DNA of 64,000 nucleotides from Gemmatimonadota bacterium (GTDB lineage: Bacteria; Gemmatimonadota; Gemmatimonadetes; Longimicrobiales; Gaopeijiaceae). Each line of letters opens with the position of its first letter. Positions within the stretch are counted from its first letter, which is position 1. The notes under the pieces are model-generated. The model did no database searches and was not told the origin of the DNA. It saw only the letters and a list, made by a program, of their open reading frames with translations. Both the position numbers and the translations under genes were made by a program. This document shows positions 32,759 to 42,265 of the stretch, piece by piece. The DNA is taken from contig JAXHMG010000003.1 of NCBI GenBank assembly GCA_034521595.1, positions 2,560,001 to 2,624,000 on the forward strand, in the 5' to 3' direction.

Positions 32759-33286
32759 TCACCGTCCGTCCGGCACGGCGACGACCACGACTCCGCGACG
32801 CGGCGAGAGGTTCCCCTCGACGCGGTAGGGATAGCGCCCCTCCGGCGCCCCTACGAACGAGAGGACGAAGCGGCTCCCGCGGGAGACGAGCGGGGGCGAA
32901 TCCATCTGGTCGAGCTCCTCCATGAAGGCGAGCGCGTCGGACGCGAGGCTGTCCCGATCGAACCGGATCTCGTGGACCCACGAGTCCGCGGTGACGAACT
33001 GGAGATAGTCACCGGTGAGCAGCCGGATCTCTGAAGGTTCGACCGCTCCACCTTCTCCCCCGGACAACACGACCTCGTGCACTCGGTCGCCCGGCTCGAG
33101 TCCGAGCCGGCTTTGCAGGCGTTGATCGGGAGGCAGATCGGATTCCTGGTTACCGCACCCGGTGACGAGCACGGTGGCTGCCAGGGCCCGGAGGATCCGA
33201 CGTGTCCACCCGTGTCCAGGCCGCCCCCTCGAAACACGAACCGTCAGGGCGCGCGCTCCGTCCCGCAGGCGATGCAGAAACGCCAT
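32759..33286 (-). CDS. Putative lipoprotein with cupredoxin-like fold (start uncertain)
   Basis: Lipobox VLVTGC; PSEIRLLTGDYLQF...HEIRF...EGRYPY resembles plastocyanin-type strands. Confidence 0.6.
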   Translation of the reverse strand: MAFLHRLRDGARALTVRVSRGRPGHGWTRRILRALAATVLVTGCGNQESDLPPDQRLQSRLGLEPGDRVHEVVLSGGEGGAVEPSEIRLLTGDYLQFVTADSWVHEIRFDRDSLASDALAFMEELDQMDSPPLVSRGSRFVLSFVGAPEGRYPYRVEGNLSPRRGVVVVAVPDGR

Positions 33287-33897
33287 TCCGGCTCGAGCTG
33301 CTCGCCACACCCCGCGCAAGGCACGGCGTGCACGTCGATCCCGCAGTAGGGGCAGAAGTTCAGGTTGTCCCTCGCGGGCAAGGGAGCTCGACACCAACGG
33401 CAAGCATCCGCCTGCTGCATATCTTCCTCTCCGGCATCGCCAGCGAATTCCGCAGTGCTCGGGGCGGCCTCCCCATCACTCGTTGCCGCGTCCTGCCTCC
33501 CCACGGCGCCGACCTCGGCTTCCGGCCGTGCGACCTCCGTACCCCCCTCGTCCCCTTCGCGGCGCCCGGGGTTGAGCCGCACGTCCACCGCCGCGTACTC
33601 GCGATACACTCCGGTATTCGGATTGCGGGACTGGAGCTCCGAGCGCAGGTCTTCGAGCGCATGGTCCGACTCGAGGACGAGGTAGCCACCCTCACCGGCC
33701 AACAGGCGGATGAGCGCATCCTCGTAGTCCCCGTTCATCTCCACACCGATGCGATCCCGGTGCGTGGGATAGGGCACGAGATCCTGGTAGATCTCGGCCA
33801 CGGTGAAGGGGCTCGTGAGATACTCCGGTCGCTTGGCACGGATCTCCTCCACGAGGACCTGATAGAACGAGTCCAACACCGTGTCGGCGACCGTCAT
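33244..33897 (-). CDS. Double zinc-ribbon domain protein
   Basis: CRWC, CPYCG, CAGCG, CIACG at the C-terminus. Confidence 0.85.
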   Translation of the reverse strand: MTVADTVLDSFYQVLVEEIRAKRPEYLTSPFTVAEIYQDLVPYPTHRDRIGVEMNGDYEDALIRLLAGEGGYLVLESDHALEDLRSELQSRNPNTGVYREYAAVDVRLNPGRREGDEGGTEVARPEAEVGAVGRQDAATSDGEAAPSTAEFAGDAGEEDMQQADACRWCRAPLPARDNLNFCPYCGIDVHAVPCAGCGEQLEPEWRFCIACGTERAP

Positions 33898-35000
33898 CCT
33901 CGCTCCGTCTCGAGTCTGATGAGCCCAGCGGAGATCGCCCCGCGCAGGAACACCTCCGGGTCACTCCAGGGGATCTCCAGTCCTCGCTGGTCGTGCCAGC
34001 GCTCCGCGAGCCTACGCATGTACTGTCCCACGGTCTCGTGGGAAAACCCCGAATGGTCCCGCATCTGCGTGACGATCTCGGTCCAGGTTCCCCGGAGCCG
34101 GCGCCCGTCTCCGAGACGGACCACGTGAACCCGCTTCGATTCCGACGACTCGCCGCGCTCGAACAACTCGAGCTGCCCCGGATCGTAGGGGGGCACGGCA
34201 TCCGCCTCCACCTTCGACTCGATCTCGGCGAGGAGCTGATCGACGGGATCTCCCGAGTCCTCGAGATCGCGGAGCCGCTGCTCCCACGGGGCGAGATGGG
34301 GCGCTCCCGCGTCGAGATGCCAGAGGATCCGCTTGAGCTCGATGAGCCTCCAGACCGCCAGGGGGTCCCAGTGCTCCGCCGGGGGGACCCCCTCCAACTC
34401 CCTGAGCGCCGCCTCCCAATCGCCACGGTCGTACAACAAATGGCCGAGGTAGACTCGCGCTTCGTGGAGATCCGGGTCGAGCCTCAGCGCCCGGCGAATC
34501 TGTCGGCCGGCGCCGACGTCGTCACCGAGCCGGTGCAGGGCATACCCGAGCGAGGCCGCGGCTTCGGCGTTGTCGGGCCTGGCGGCGGCGGCCTGAGCGA
34601 ATACGTCCCTACAGTCGGCGTACATCGCCGCCCGGTAGAGCGCACGCCCGATCGTGAGCATCAGCTCGAGATCGTCGTCGTACCCGGCGTCCGCGACCCG
34701 TCGGAAGAGTTCCAGTGCCTGCGCGTGACGCCCGAACCGAAGAAGGACCTCGCCGAGGCCGACGAGCGCATCCTCGTGACCGGAATCGAGCAACACCGCC
34801 CGGTCGAACGCCCGTCGTGCCCACGCGTACTCTTCCCTCGCCAGCCTGGCATATCCGAGGCCCACGTAGAGCTCCACCGCGTTCGGATAGAGCGAGAGTC
34901 CCTCTTTGAGCATCTCGAGGGCTCCGTCGTAGTCCCCGTTGTTGTAGAGCTTGTGCGCCTCTTCGTCGTATTCCTCCGAGCTGAGGAACCGTTCGGGCAT
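33894..35000 (-). CDS. Tetratricopeptide-repeat protein
   Basis: Multiple TPR motifs (ALRLDPDLHEARVYLGHLLYDRGDWEAA); ATGA overlap with next gene. Confidence 0.88.
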   Translation of the reverse strand: MPERFLSSEEYDEEAHKLYNNGDYDGALEMLKEGLSLYPNAVELYVGLGYARLAREEYAWARRAFDRAVLLDSGHEDALVGLGEVLLRFGRHAQALELFRRVADAGYDDDLELMLTIGRALYRAAMYADCRDVFAQAAAARPDNAEAAASLGYALHRLGDDVGAGRQIRRALRLDPDLHEARVYLGHLLYDRGDWEAALRELEGVPPAEHWDPLAVWRLIELKRILWHLDAGAPHLAPWEQRLRDLEDSGDPVDQLLAEIESKVEADAVPPYDPGQLELFERGESSESKRVHVVRLGDGRRLRGTWTEIVTQMRDHSGFSHETVGQYMRRLAERWHDQRGLEIPWSDPEVFLRGAISAGLIRLETERG

Positions 35001-35114
35001 ATGGGAACGCTCCTTGTCGGACGGTGCCGCCTGCGACGGGAAGGGGTACGGGTGCTCGAAATTAACGCGCAGGCCCTGGAGGAGCTACCCTCGGCGAGGG
35101 CTCACGGGCGCCGC

Positions 35115-35453
35115 TCACGCCTTACCGTAGGCGACCCCACACGCTTTGCACACGAGATCCTTGCCCGAGCGGACGAGCGCGTGGCCGGAGCCGTGCCGGG
35201 GACAGCTCGGATCCCGGCCCGATTCGAGCGCTTCCTTGACCTTCTGCCGCTCGGTGCGTGTCGCCTTCGGGATCGGAAGCTCGTAGCGGAGGGACGAGAC
35301 GCTGCACTCGAAGATCGCCACCGCGCCGCCGTCCTCGTCCGGAAGCACGCCCAGGCGTATGAGGTGCCCCCCGTTCGGGGACTCCATCTGCCGTCCCTGG
35401 TAGTACCGCTTTAGCAGCTGTTTCTGGTTCTCCAGCTGCAATGCCTGATCCAA
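35115..35453 (-). CDS. Small hypothetical Zn-finger-like protein
   Basis: CPRH...CKAC; TTG start after a purine-rich RBS (start uncertain). Confidence 0.65.
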   Translation of the reverse strand: MDQALQLENQKQLLKRYYQGRQMESPNGGHLIRLGVLPDEDGGAVAIFECSVSSLRYELPIPKATRTERQKVKEALESGRDPSCPRHGSGHALVRSGKDLVCKACGVAYGKA

Positions 35454-35533
35454 AACGCCCCCTTTGTCGACGAAAATCGGCCGGGAGTATATCGGGACCG
35501 TGAGGTCCGCGCCACCCGTCCCCACGGGGCCGT

Positions 35534-35578
35534 AAAAAAGCGGAGCGGGGAGCCGAAAATTCGGCTCCCCGCTCCGCT
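35534..35578 (-). terminator. Rho-independent terminator
   Basis: AGCGGAGCGGGGAGCCGAA/TTCGGCTCCCCGCTCCGCT inverted repeat ending in a T6 run on the minus strand. Confidence 0.85.
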
Positions 35579-35609
35579 CGGACATACGGGAGACCCATGA
35601 CCGTCGAGG

Positions 35610-35882
35610 TCAGGCGACGCCCGCGTCCTCCATGTCCTCGGCGCCGTCCTTGGCCGAGCTTCCCTCACCGTGGGCGATGGCCGGCCGGCAGAACCGCGTC
35701 CCGATCTCGTGGAGGCCTCGGAGATCGCTGTCCGTAAGGTCCGGATACCGCTCTCCCAGGTACTCGATGGTCTCGTCCATCCAGTGACGCTGGTCTTCCT
35801 CGGCCGCCTGTAGAACACCACACCGGTTGATGTGGCTGAAAAGCTCGTCTCTTGCACGATCAAGAAGTTTTTCTTTCGACAA
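35610..35882 (-). CDS. Small hypothetical protein
   Basis: GGAGGG RBS, TTG start, helical protein-like sequence, followed by a terminator. Confidence 0.75.
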   Translation of the reverse strand: MSKEKLLDRARDELFSHINRCGVLQAAEEDQRHWMDETIEYLGERYPDLTDSDLRGLHEIGTRFCRPAIAHGEGSSAKDGAEDMEDAGVA

Positions 35883-36019
35883 AGTCTCCCTCCGTCATAT
35901 TGCTGTCCGCTCGGGCCTGCGCCCGGGTATCGGCTCGGGCCTCAGCCGTGTAACGTAACCGTGATCCGAGCTCCAACCAAACCATTCCGGCGACCACCGT
36001 GCCGCGAAGCGCATTCAGC

Positions 36020-37621
36020 ATGACCGACACCCCCACGATCGATCCCGTGACCCTGGAGGTCTACAGACACCTCTTCACCGCGATCTCGGAAGAGATGGGC
36101 GCCACCCTCCGGCGCGCCTCCTTCTCGCCGAACATCAAGGAGCGCCGGGACTACTCCTGCGCTCTTTTCGATCCCCGGGCACGAGCGGTCGCCCTCGGCG
36201 ACCACATGCCGGTCCACCTGGGCGCCATGCCGATGAGCGTCGCTGCCGCCCTCGAAGCGCTCGGCGATCTCGATCCCGGGGATGTCGCCTGCCTGAACGA
36301 CCCCTTCCGCGGCGGCACGCACCTCCCGGATGTCACGCTCGTCGCGCCCGTGTACGATGACGGCGACGCGCTTCTCGGCTACGTGGCGTCCCGCGCGCAT
36401 CATAGCGACATCGGAGGCTCGACGCCCGGCTCGATGCCGCTCGCCCGGGAGATCTTCGAGGAAGGCCTTCGTATCCCGCCGGTACGGCTTCATCGGGCCG
36501 GTACGCGCAACGAGGCGCTGTGGCGCACGATTCTCGCGAACGTTCGCACCCCGGGGGAGCGGGCGGGCGACCTCGACGCCCAGACGGCGGCCCTGAGAAC
36601 GGGGACCCGCCGGCTCCGAGAGATCGTCGCCCGACGGGGTACTCCGGAGACCCTCCTGGCCATGGACGGCCTCATCGCCTACGCGGACCGGCTGGTCGAG
36701 CGGGGGATCGAACGGATTCCGGACGGAACCTACACCGCCGAAGACTGGCTGGAAGACGACGGCTTCGACTCGGGTCCGGTCCGCATCCGGGCTTCCCTCA
36801 CCGTGGACGGCTCCCGGCTGAAGCTCGATTTCGCGGGCTCCGCGCCCCAGGTTCCGGGCGGCGTCAACGCCGTCGCGGCGATCACGGCGTCCGCCGTCCG
36901 TTACGTGGTACGGTGCGTCGTCGAAGCCCTTCTCGGGGAAACCCTACCCGCCGGAGGGGGATCGATGCGCCCCGTCACACTTCGGGTACCGGAGGCGTCG
37001 GTGGTGAACGCGGAGCCCCCGGCCTCCGTGGCCGCTGGCAACGTGGAGACGAGCCAACGGATCACGGATGTCCTTCTCCTCACCTTCGGCCGCGCCCTAC
37101 CGGATCTCATCCCCGCCCTCTCGCAGGGCACGATGAACAACATGACCGTCGGAGGCACCGATCCACGCTCCGGCACGCGCTTCGCCTACTACGAGACCGT
37201 GGGCGGTGGCATGGGCGCGGGTCCCGGGGGCGATGGTCTGAGTGGAGTGCACACACACATGTCCAACTCGCTCAACACCCCGATCGAGGCGCTCGAGCAC
37301 GCGTACCCGGTCCGGGTGACGCACTACGGCCTGCGGCGCGGCACCGGGGGCGCCGGCGAGCACAGAGGGGGCGACGGCCTCCGACGCGACATTCAGCTCC
37401 TCGCCCCCGCGCGCGTCACGCTCCTTTCCGAGCGCCGTCTCACGGGACCTACGGGAGCCCGAGGCGGGCTGCCCGGGACTCCGGGCGCGAATGTCCTCAT
37501 CCGGTCCGGGGAGGAGATGTCCCTGCCCGGAAAGGCTACATTCTCCGTCGACGCCGGGGACACCGTCAGCGTCCGCTCGCCCGGTGGAGGGGGATGGGGC
37601 CCCCTTCGAACGAGCGGGTGA
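36020..37621 (+). CDS. Hydantoinase B / 5-oxoprolinase subunit family protein
   Basis: DPVTLEV, SPNIKERRDYSCALFD, NDPFRGGTHLPD, SQGTMNN, NTPIEALE, PGGGGWG. Confidence 0.93.
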   Translation: MTDTPTIDPVTLEVYRHLFTAISEEMGATLRRASFSPNIKERRDYSCALFDPRARAVALGDHMPVHLGAMPMSVAAALEALGDLDPGDVACLNDPFRGGTHLPDVTLVAPVYDDGDALLGYVASRAHHSDIGGSTPGSMPLAREIFEEGLRIPPVRLHRAGTRNEALWRTILANVRTPGERAGDLDAQTAALRTGTRRLREIVARRGTPETLLAMDGLIAYADRLVERGIERIPDGTYTAEDWLEDDGFDSGPVRIRASLTVDGSRLKLDFAGSAPQVPGGVNAVAAITASAVRYVVRCVVEALLGETLPAGGGSMRPVTLRVPEASVVNAEPPASVAAGNVETSQRITDVLLLTFGRALPDLIPALSQGTMNNMTVGGTDPRSGTRFAYYETVGGGMGAGPGGDGLSGVHTHMSNSLNTPIEALEHAYPVRVTHYGLRRGTGGAGEHRGGDGLRRDIQLLAPARVTLLSERRLTGPTGARGGLPGTPGANVLIRSGEEMSLPGKATFSVDAGDTVSVRSPGGGGWGPLRTSG

Positions 37622-37658
37622 GCCACTCCACGACCCGTCACCAAGTCGCGCACAGGAC

Positions 37659-38075
37659 ATGCATCTCCGATTTTCCGCCATATGCGACGAAGCACACGCC
37701 ACTCCCGAAGGCAAGCTGGAGCTCCACGGCGTGTACCACGACCTCTCCGCCCCGGGATTCCCGGCGCAACAGGACCGCATGGTCCTCGTGCTGGTGCTCG
37801 AATGGGAGCCAGAAGAGCATGGACGCTACCGCTTTCGTGCCGACCTCGAAGATGAGGAGGGCAACGTCTCGCTCACGGTCGAAGGCGAAACCGAAGTCAA
37901 CGCCCCGACATCCGGGAACCCGCCTTCACGCAGCCAGCTGATCATGCCCATCGAAGGCGTGATCTTCCCGCACCCGGGACAGTACGTGTTCCGCGTCAAG
38001 GTGAAGGGCCGGACCCTCGAAGGCCCGGGCGTGTTTCTCATGGAGGTTCCCGAAGGAGATGCGGCCGGATCGTGA
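37659..38075 (+). CDS. Hypothetical protein (DUF6941-like beta-sandwich)
   Basis: AICDEA...GKLELHGVY...FP...FPHPGQYVF; AGGA RBS. Confidence 0.7.
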   Translation: MHLRFSAICDEAHATPEGKLELHGVYHDLSAPGFPAQQDRMVLVLVLEWEPEEHGRYRFRADLEDEEGNVSLTVEGETEVNAPTSGNPPSRSQLIMPIEGVIFPHPGQYVFRVKVKGRTLEGPGVFLMEVPEGDAAGS

Positions 38076-38896
38076 TGCTCCCCGCGGGCTACGAAGCGAT
38101 CCAGGGGTGCGGCATCAGGGGTTTCGCATGGGGCCCGGCCAGGGACCGGATCGAGCGGGCTCTCCTCGATCACGGGAGCCTCCGCCGCTGGGCTTCCGCC
38201 CTCGGAAGCGGGGAGCCCCTGTCCGGACGGGGAACCGTGATCGCGATCGACGCACCCGCACCGGGTCCCGACGGACACGGCCGGTGGGCCGTGCGGCGAT
38301 ACCTCCGTGGCGGCCAGGTTGCACGGCTCATGGGCGACCGGTACCTGAAAGGCGGGCAGCCCCGCCCGGTACGTGAGCTGCGGGCCTCGTGCACGTGTCG
38401 GGAACGCGGTGTGCCGACCCCGGCCGTGGTCGCGGGCACCGTATACCCGACGGGTCCGCTACACTACCGTGCGGACCTCGTGACCGAGCTCCTGCCCGAC
38501 TCCGCGGATCTGGCGGCCGTGCTGTTCGGGTCGCCCGGAGCCGCTCCACGGCCCGATCCGACCGCCGCGCTCGAGGCGACCGGCTTCCTTCTCGTGCGGG
38601 CGGCCAGCCGCGGCATCAGGCACGTCGATCTGAACGCCAAGAACGTCGTGCTGACGAGCTCGGAAGCGGGTGTGACGGCCCACCTGATCGACCTCGACCG
38701 ATGCCGCGTGCGCGCGCGGCCGCTCGAAGAAGCGGATGCGTCGGCCATGCGCCGGCGGCTGACGCGCTCCCTCCGCAAACATGCGGCACGAACGGGTCGC
38801 GCGCTCGACGACGCGCTCTGGCGCGCGCTCGAGCGGGGCATGGAGCGGGAATCCGCGTCCCTGCCGCCCGAATCGGACCCGGACGACCGCGGATGA
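38072..38896 (+). CDS. kdkA: Lipopolysaccharide kinase, Kdo kinase (KdkA)-like
   Basis: GRGT, VRRYLRGG, YRADLVTE, HVDLNAKNV, LIDLDR. Confidence 0.8.
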   Translation: MMLPAGYEAIQGCGIRGFAWGPARDRIERALLDHGSLRRWASALGSGEPLSGRGTVIAIDAPAPGPDGHGRWAVRRYLRGGQVARLMGDRYLKGGQPRPVRELRASCTCRERGVPTPAVVAGTVYPTGPLHYRADLVTELLPDSADLAAVLFGSPGAAPRPDPTAALEATGFLLVRAASRGIRHVDLNAKNVVLTSSEAGVTAHLIDLDRCRVRARPLEEADASAMRRRLTRSLRKHAARTGRALDDALWRALERGMERESASLPPESDPDDRG

Positions 38897-39987
38897 GGCC
38901 GGGGGAGCGACAGAAGGCTCCGGAATCCGGAGGGGCCGCGATCGCATGGGAGGGGCCTCCCCCCCGTGAAGTTTGCATCGTCATGCTTTCGGCGATCGGC
39001 GATGCCGTGCACGTCCTGCCGGTCGCGAACGCGCTCAAGCGAGCCTGGCCGGAGACCCGAATCACCTGGGTCGTCCAGCCCGTCCCCCACATGCTCGTGG
39101 CCGGGCACCGCGCGATCGACGACTTCGTCGTATTCCGGCGTCGCTCGGGGAGAACGGCCTGGCGGTCCTACCGCGACCTTCGGCGAGCGGTGGCCGGGCG
39201 GTCCTTCGACCTCCTTCTGGGCCTCCAGGTCTACTTCAAGGCGGGCCTCATCACCGCGCTCACACCGGCTCGGGTCAAGCTCGGCTTCGACTTCAAACGG
39301 GCGCGCGATGCCCAGTGGCTCTTCACCAATCGGCGGATCCCGGCGCACCCGCCCCGACACGTTCAGGACCAGTACTTCGAGTTCCTGCACGCCCTCGGCA
39401 TCGACGAGCACCCCCTCCGCTGGGACATCGAGTTCACCCCGGAGGAGCGTTCGGCCCAGCGCGCCTTCCTCGCCGACCTCGACCGACCGGCTTGCGCGGT
39501 CGTCGTGGGCACGAGCAAGCGGGAGAAGAACTGGAGCCCGGACGGGTACGCCCGGGTGTTGGAAGTGGTGGAACGGGAGCACGGGCTACGCCCCGTGCTC
39601 ATCGGCGGCCCGTCCCCGATCGAGCGCGCCATCGCCGACGAGGTCATCGGCAAAACGCAGGCCTCCGTCGTCGATGCGCTCGGAGACGACCTTCGCCGCC
39701 TCACCTGGATTCTCGACGGAAGCCAACTGCTCATCTCGCCGGACACGGGACCACTCCACGTCGCACGCGCGCTCGGCACCCCGGTGGTCGGCCTCTTCGG
39801 ATACACGAACCCCAAGCGCTCCGGGCCATACGGGGCGTTCCAGGATCTCGTCGTCGACGGATATGCGGCGTACCCGGGCGAGGATTACCCCATTACCCCC
39901 CGGTATCGCGACGGCATGGGACGGGTCACCGTGGACGCCGTGCTCGAGAAGGTCGCGCTCGCGATGGACCGGTACGTCAACCCGTGA
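38893..39987 (+). CDS. GT9 ADP-heptose:LPS heptosyltransferase
   Basis: LSAIGDAVHVLP, KNWS, ISPDTGPLHVARALGTPVVGLFG. Confidence 0.92.
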   Translation: MRPGERQKAPESGGAAIAWEGPPPREVCIVMLSAIGDAVHVLPVANALKRAWPETRITWVVQPVPHMLVAGHRAIDDFVVFRRRSGRTAWRSYRDLRRAVAGRSFDLLLGLQVYFKAGLITALTPARVKLGFDFKRARDAQWLFTNRRIPAHPPRHVQDQYFEFLHALGIDEHPLRWDIEFTPEERSAQRAFLADLDRPACAVVVGTSKREKNWSPDGYARVLEVVEREHGLRPVLIGGPSPIERAIADEVIGKTQASVVDALGDDLRRLTWILDGSQLLISPDTGPLHVARALGTPVVGLFGYTNPKRSGPYGAFQDLVVDGYAAYPGEDYPITPRYRDGMGRVTVDAVLEKVALAMDRYVNP

Positions 39988-40525
39988 TCCACCACGCCTT
40001 GAGCGCGAGGAACGCGAAGGCCGCGAGCCCGCCGGCCAATGCCTCCCATTCCCGGTGGCGGATGTACTGATCCATCCGGAAGCCGGAGCCGCGCCCCCGT
40101 TCGTCCTCCGGCCGGTACGGCGTGATGCGAGGGAGAAAAGCCGGAACCCGCCGCGCGTAGGCCCGATACCGCTCGCCGAAGAGCTCGGTCAGGCGCGCGG
40201 CCTCGACCGCCATCGTCTTGGCATATACGCCGACGTAGAAGACGACGAACAGAGCGGGCCAGATCCAGTGTCCCCCGGCGACGGTCACCCCCAGGCCGAT
40301 GAAGAACGACCCCACGTACAGCGGATTGCGCGTGAACGCGTAGGGTCCGGTGATCGTGAGCTCGCGCTCCTTGTGGATCGTTCCGGCCGCCCACGCCCGG
40401 ATGGCGAGGCCGACCGCCGCTACCGCCGCACCGACGACGAGCAGGCCCGGAGTCGGCCGCGCGAAGACGAGGAACGGTACGACGAGGAGCCAGACGGCCT
40501 TGAGTCGAAGGCGGTTGAGATTCAC
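39977..40525 (-). CDS. Isoprenylcysteine-carboxyl / phospholipid methyltransferase family membrane protein
   Basis: LTITGPYAFTRNPLYVG...LFGERYRAYARRVPAFLP. Confidence 0.88.
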   Translation of the reverse strand: MNLNRLRLKAVWLLVVPFLVFARPTPGLLVVGAAVAAVGLAIRAWAAGTIHKERELTITGPYAFTRNPLYVGSFFIGLGVTVAGGHWIWPALFVVFYVGVYAKTMAVEAARLTELFGERYRAYARRVPAFLPRITPYRPEDERGRGSGFRMDQYIRHREWEALAGGLAAFAFLALKAWWITG

Positions 40526-40554
40526 GGCTGCGAAGATGGGGGCTCGGCGCGTGG

Positions 40555-41433
40555 TCAGTGCGACCGGCGAGACGTGCCCGCCGCGGCCGCTCGCGCTTCC
40601 ATGACCGCCGCCCTCGACTCCGGATGGAGAGGCACCCCTTCCTGAATGGAGCGGAGGTGGAGCGTGAGCGATCCCGGGAACTTGGGAATGTTCGACTTCA
40701 TGTACACGAGGAGCCTACGATCGTCGTCCGTGAAGTGCAGCTCCGCATCACCGCCCTCGCCGAAGAGCCCGTCGGTCTTGATGACGGGCTTGACGACGAC
40801 CGTCTCGAACGTGCCGGCATCGGTCTCCCGCTCGTCCTTACGGACGACGCGAATGACCACGGGGTTGCCCTCGTCCTTGAAGTACCGGTCCAGCGTGTAG
40901 GTGTCACCCACTTCGAGCGGAAGAGTCCGGATGTAGTAGACGAAGGAGATGTCGTCGAGCGGGATGCTCGAGCCGAGCGGCCCCCATTCGAGATTGTCCT
41001 GGCGCTCCCAGGTCTTCCGCTCCGGAAAGAACTCGAAGTGCCGATAGCTCTCGTAGTTGACCTGATGCACGTCCCGGATATAGCGCCAACTCTGAAGCGT
41101 ATACAGATCGAACCACGTCGTGTACTTGTCCTCGACGCCGAGCCCCATCAGCGAGCCTTCGATGCCCATCGTGGCTCTGTACGTCTCGTTACCCCGCACG
41201 GTCTCGACCTCGTGCACGCTCATGTGGCCCTCGCCCACACCGAAGATCCCCACCTTCACGCCGTACACGAGATGCTCGCCGGGGCCGAAAGGCGCCTCGG
41301 CCACGTACGGATACTCGGGCACCGTATCGGGCTCCGCCGGCGGGGGCGGAGCCTCCGCTCGCTGCGCCCCTACCGGTAGCCCCGCTCCGAGCACGAAGGC
41401 GACCGTCAAGGCGAGCTGCCTTCCGGCCGCCAT
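40555..41433 (-). CDS. DUF3108-like secreted protein
   Basis: Signal peptide; PFGPGEHLVY, TDAGTFETVVVKP, FTDDDRRL. Confidence 0.75.
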   Translation of the reverse strand: MAAGRQLALTVAFVLGAGLPVGAQRAEAPPPPAEPDTVPEYPYVAEAPFGPGEHLVYGVKVGIFGVGEGHMSVHEVETVRGNETYRATMGIEGSLMGLGVEDKYTTWFDLYTLQSWRYIRDVHQVNYESYRHFEFFPERKTWERQDNLEWGPLGSSIPLDDISFVYYIRTLPLEVGDTYTLDRYFKDEGNPVVIRVVRKDERETDAGTFETVVVKPVIKTDGLFGEGGDAELHFTDDDRRLLVYMKSNIPKFPGSLTLHLRSIQEGVPLHPESRAAVMEARAAAAGTSRRSH

Positions 41434-42191
41434 CACGCCGCTTCCGCCTTTCGGGGCACATCCGCCCACACGGACCGACCGAGACGCGCAAGGCCCAGGA
41501 ACGTGCGGAACGGATTGAACCGTGAAGGCCGCCGCCTCAGGTCGTAACGGAAGGTGAGCGGCGCTTCGTCCACCCGCCGGGCGTGCGGTGCCAACTGCCC
41601 GAGCAGCTCGACGTTCGCCGCCCAGCCGTCGGAGCGAAGCAGGAACGCGTCGTCCGAGAGATCGCGAAAAGCCTTCTTGAGCACGATGACCCGGTAGGCA
41701 CGCATCCCGGCGAACGGATCGGAGACCGGCGAAGACCGCACGAGGCCACGCAGAAAGAAGCCGGCGAGTCGGCGCGTCCACCGCACGCCGTCCGGAGCGG
41801 ACCGGAGCGACCCGTCCTCACGGCCCGCGACGATATCCGCCCCACCCTCGAATACCTTCACCAGATCCACGACGTCCTCGGGATTCTCCGTGAAGTCGCC
41901 CTGCATCACCACCGCACAATCCCGTTTGGGATAGGGCGCCACGCTCGCGACGTGCCGCAACAGCCGCTCGACGGCGCGCCCGTATCCGAGCCGCTCCTCC
42001 GAGCGAAGCACGGTCAGCGGCACGGCTCGGCGGTATCGCTGAAGCACCTCACCCGTATCGTCCTCCGAAGCGTCGTCATGGACGATGATCTTGTAGTCAC
42101 GACCGAACTCACCCAGGACCCTGCGGATCTTCCAGAGCAGGACGCCGACGGTCGAGGCTTCGTTGTGGACCGGGATACAGACGTAGATCAA
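41433..42191 (-). CDS. GT2 glycosyltransferase (polyprenol-phosphate glycosyltransferase-like)
   Basis: IPVHNE, HDDASEDDT, GADIV, SDPFAGMRAYR. Confidence 0.85.
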   Translation of the reverse strand: MIYVCIPVHNEASTVGVLLWKIRRVLGEFGRDYKIIVHDDASEDDTGEVLQRYRRAVPLTVLRSEERLGYGRAVERLLRHVASVAPYPKRDCAVVMQGDFTENPEDVVDLVKVFEGGADIVAGREDGSLRSAPDGVRWTRRLAGFFLRGLVRSSPVSDPFAGMRAYRVIVLKKAFRDLSDDAFLLRSDGWAANVELLGQLAPHARRVDEAPLTFRYDLRRRPSRFNPFRTFLGLARLGRSVWADVPRKAEAA

Positions 42192-42265
42192 GGCTCGTGT
42201 TCCTCACGGGCGAAGTGGGCGGAATCGGGCTGCCGAAGCGTCCGCCGGAGCTGACGGTATTGTAC

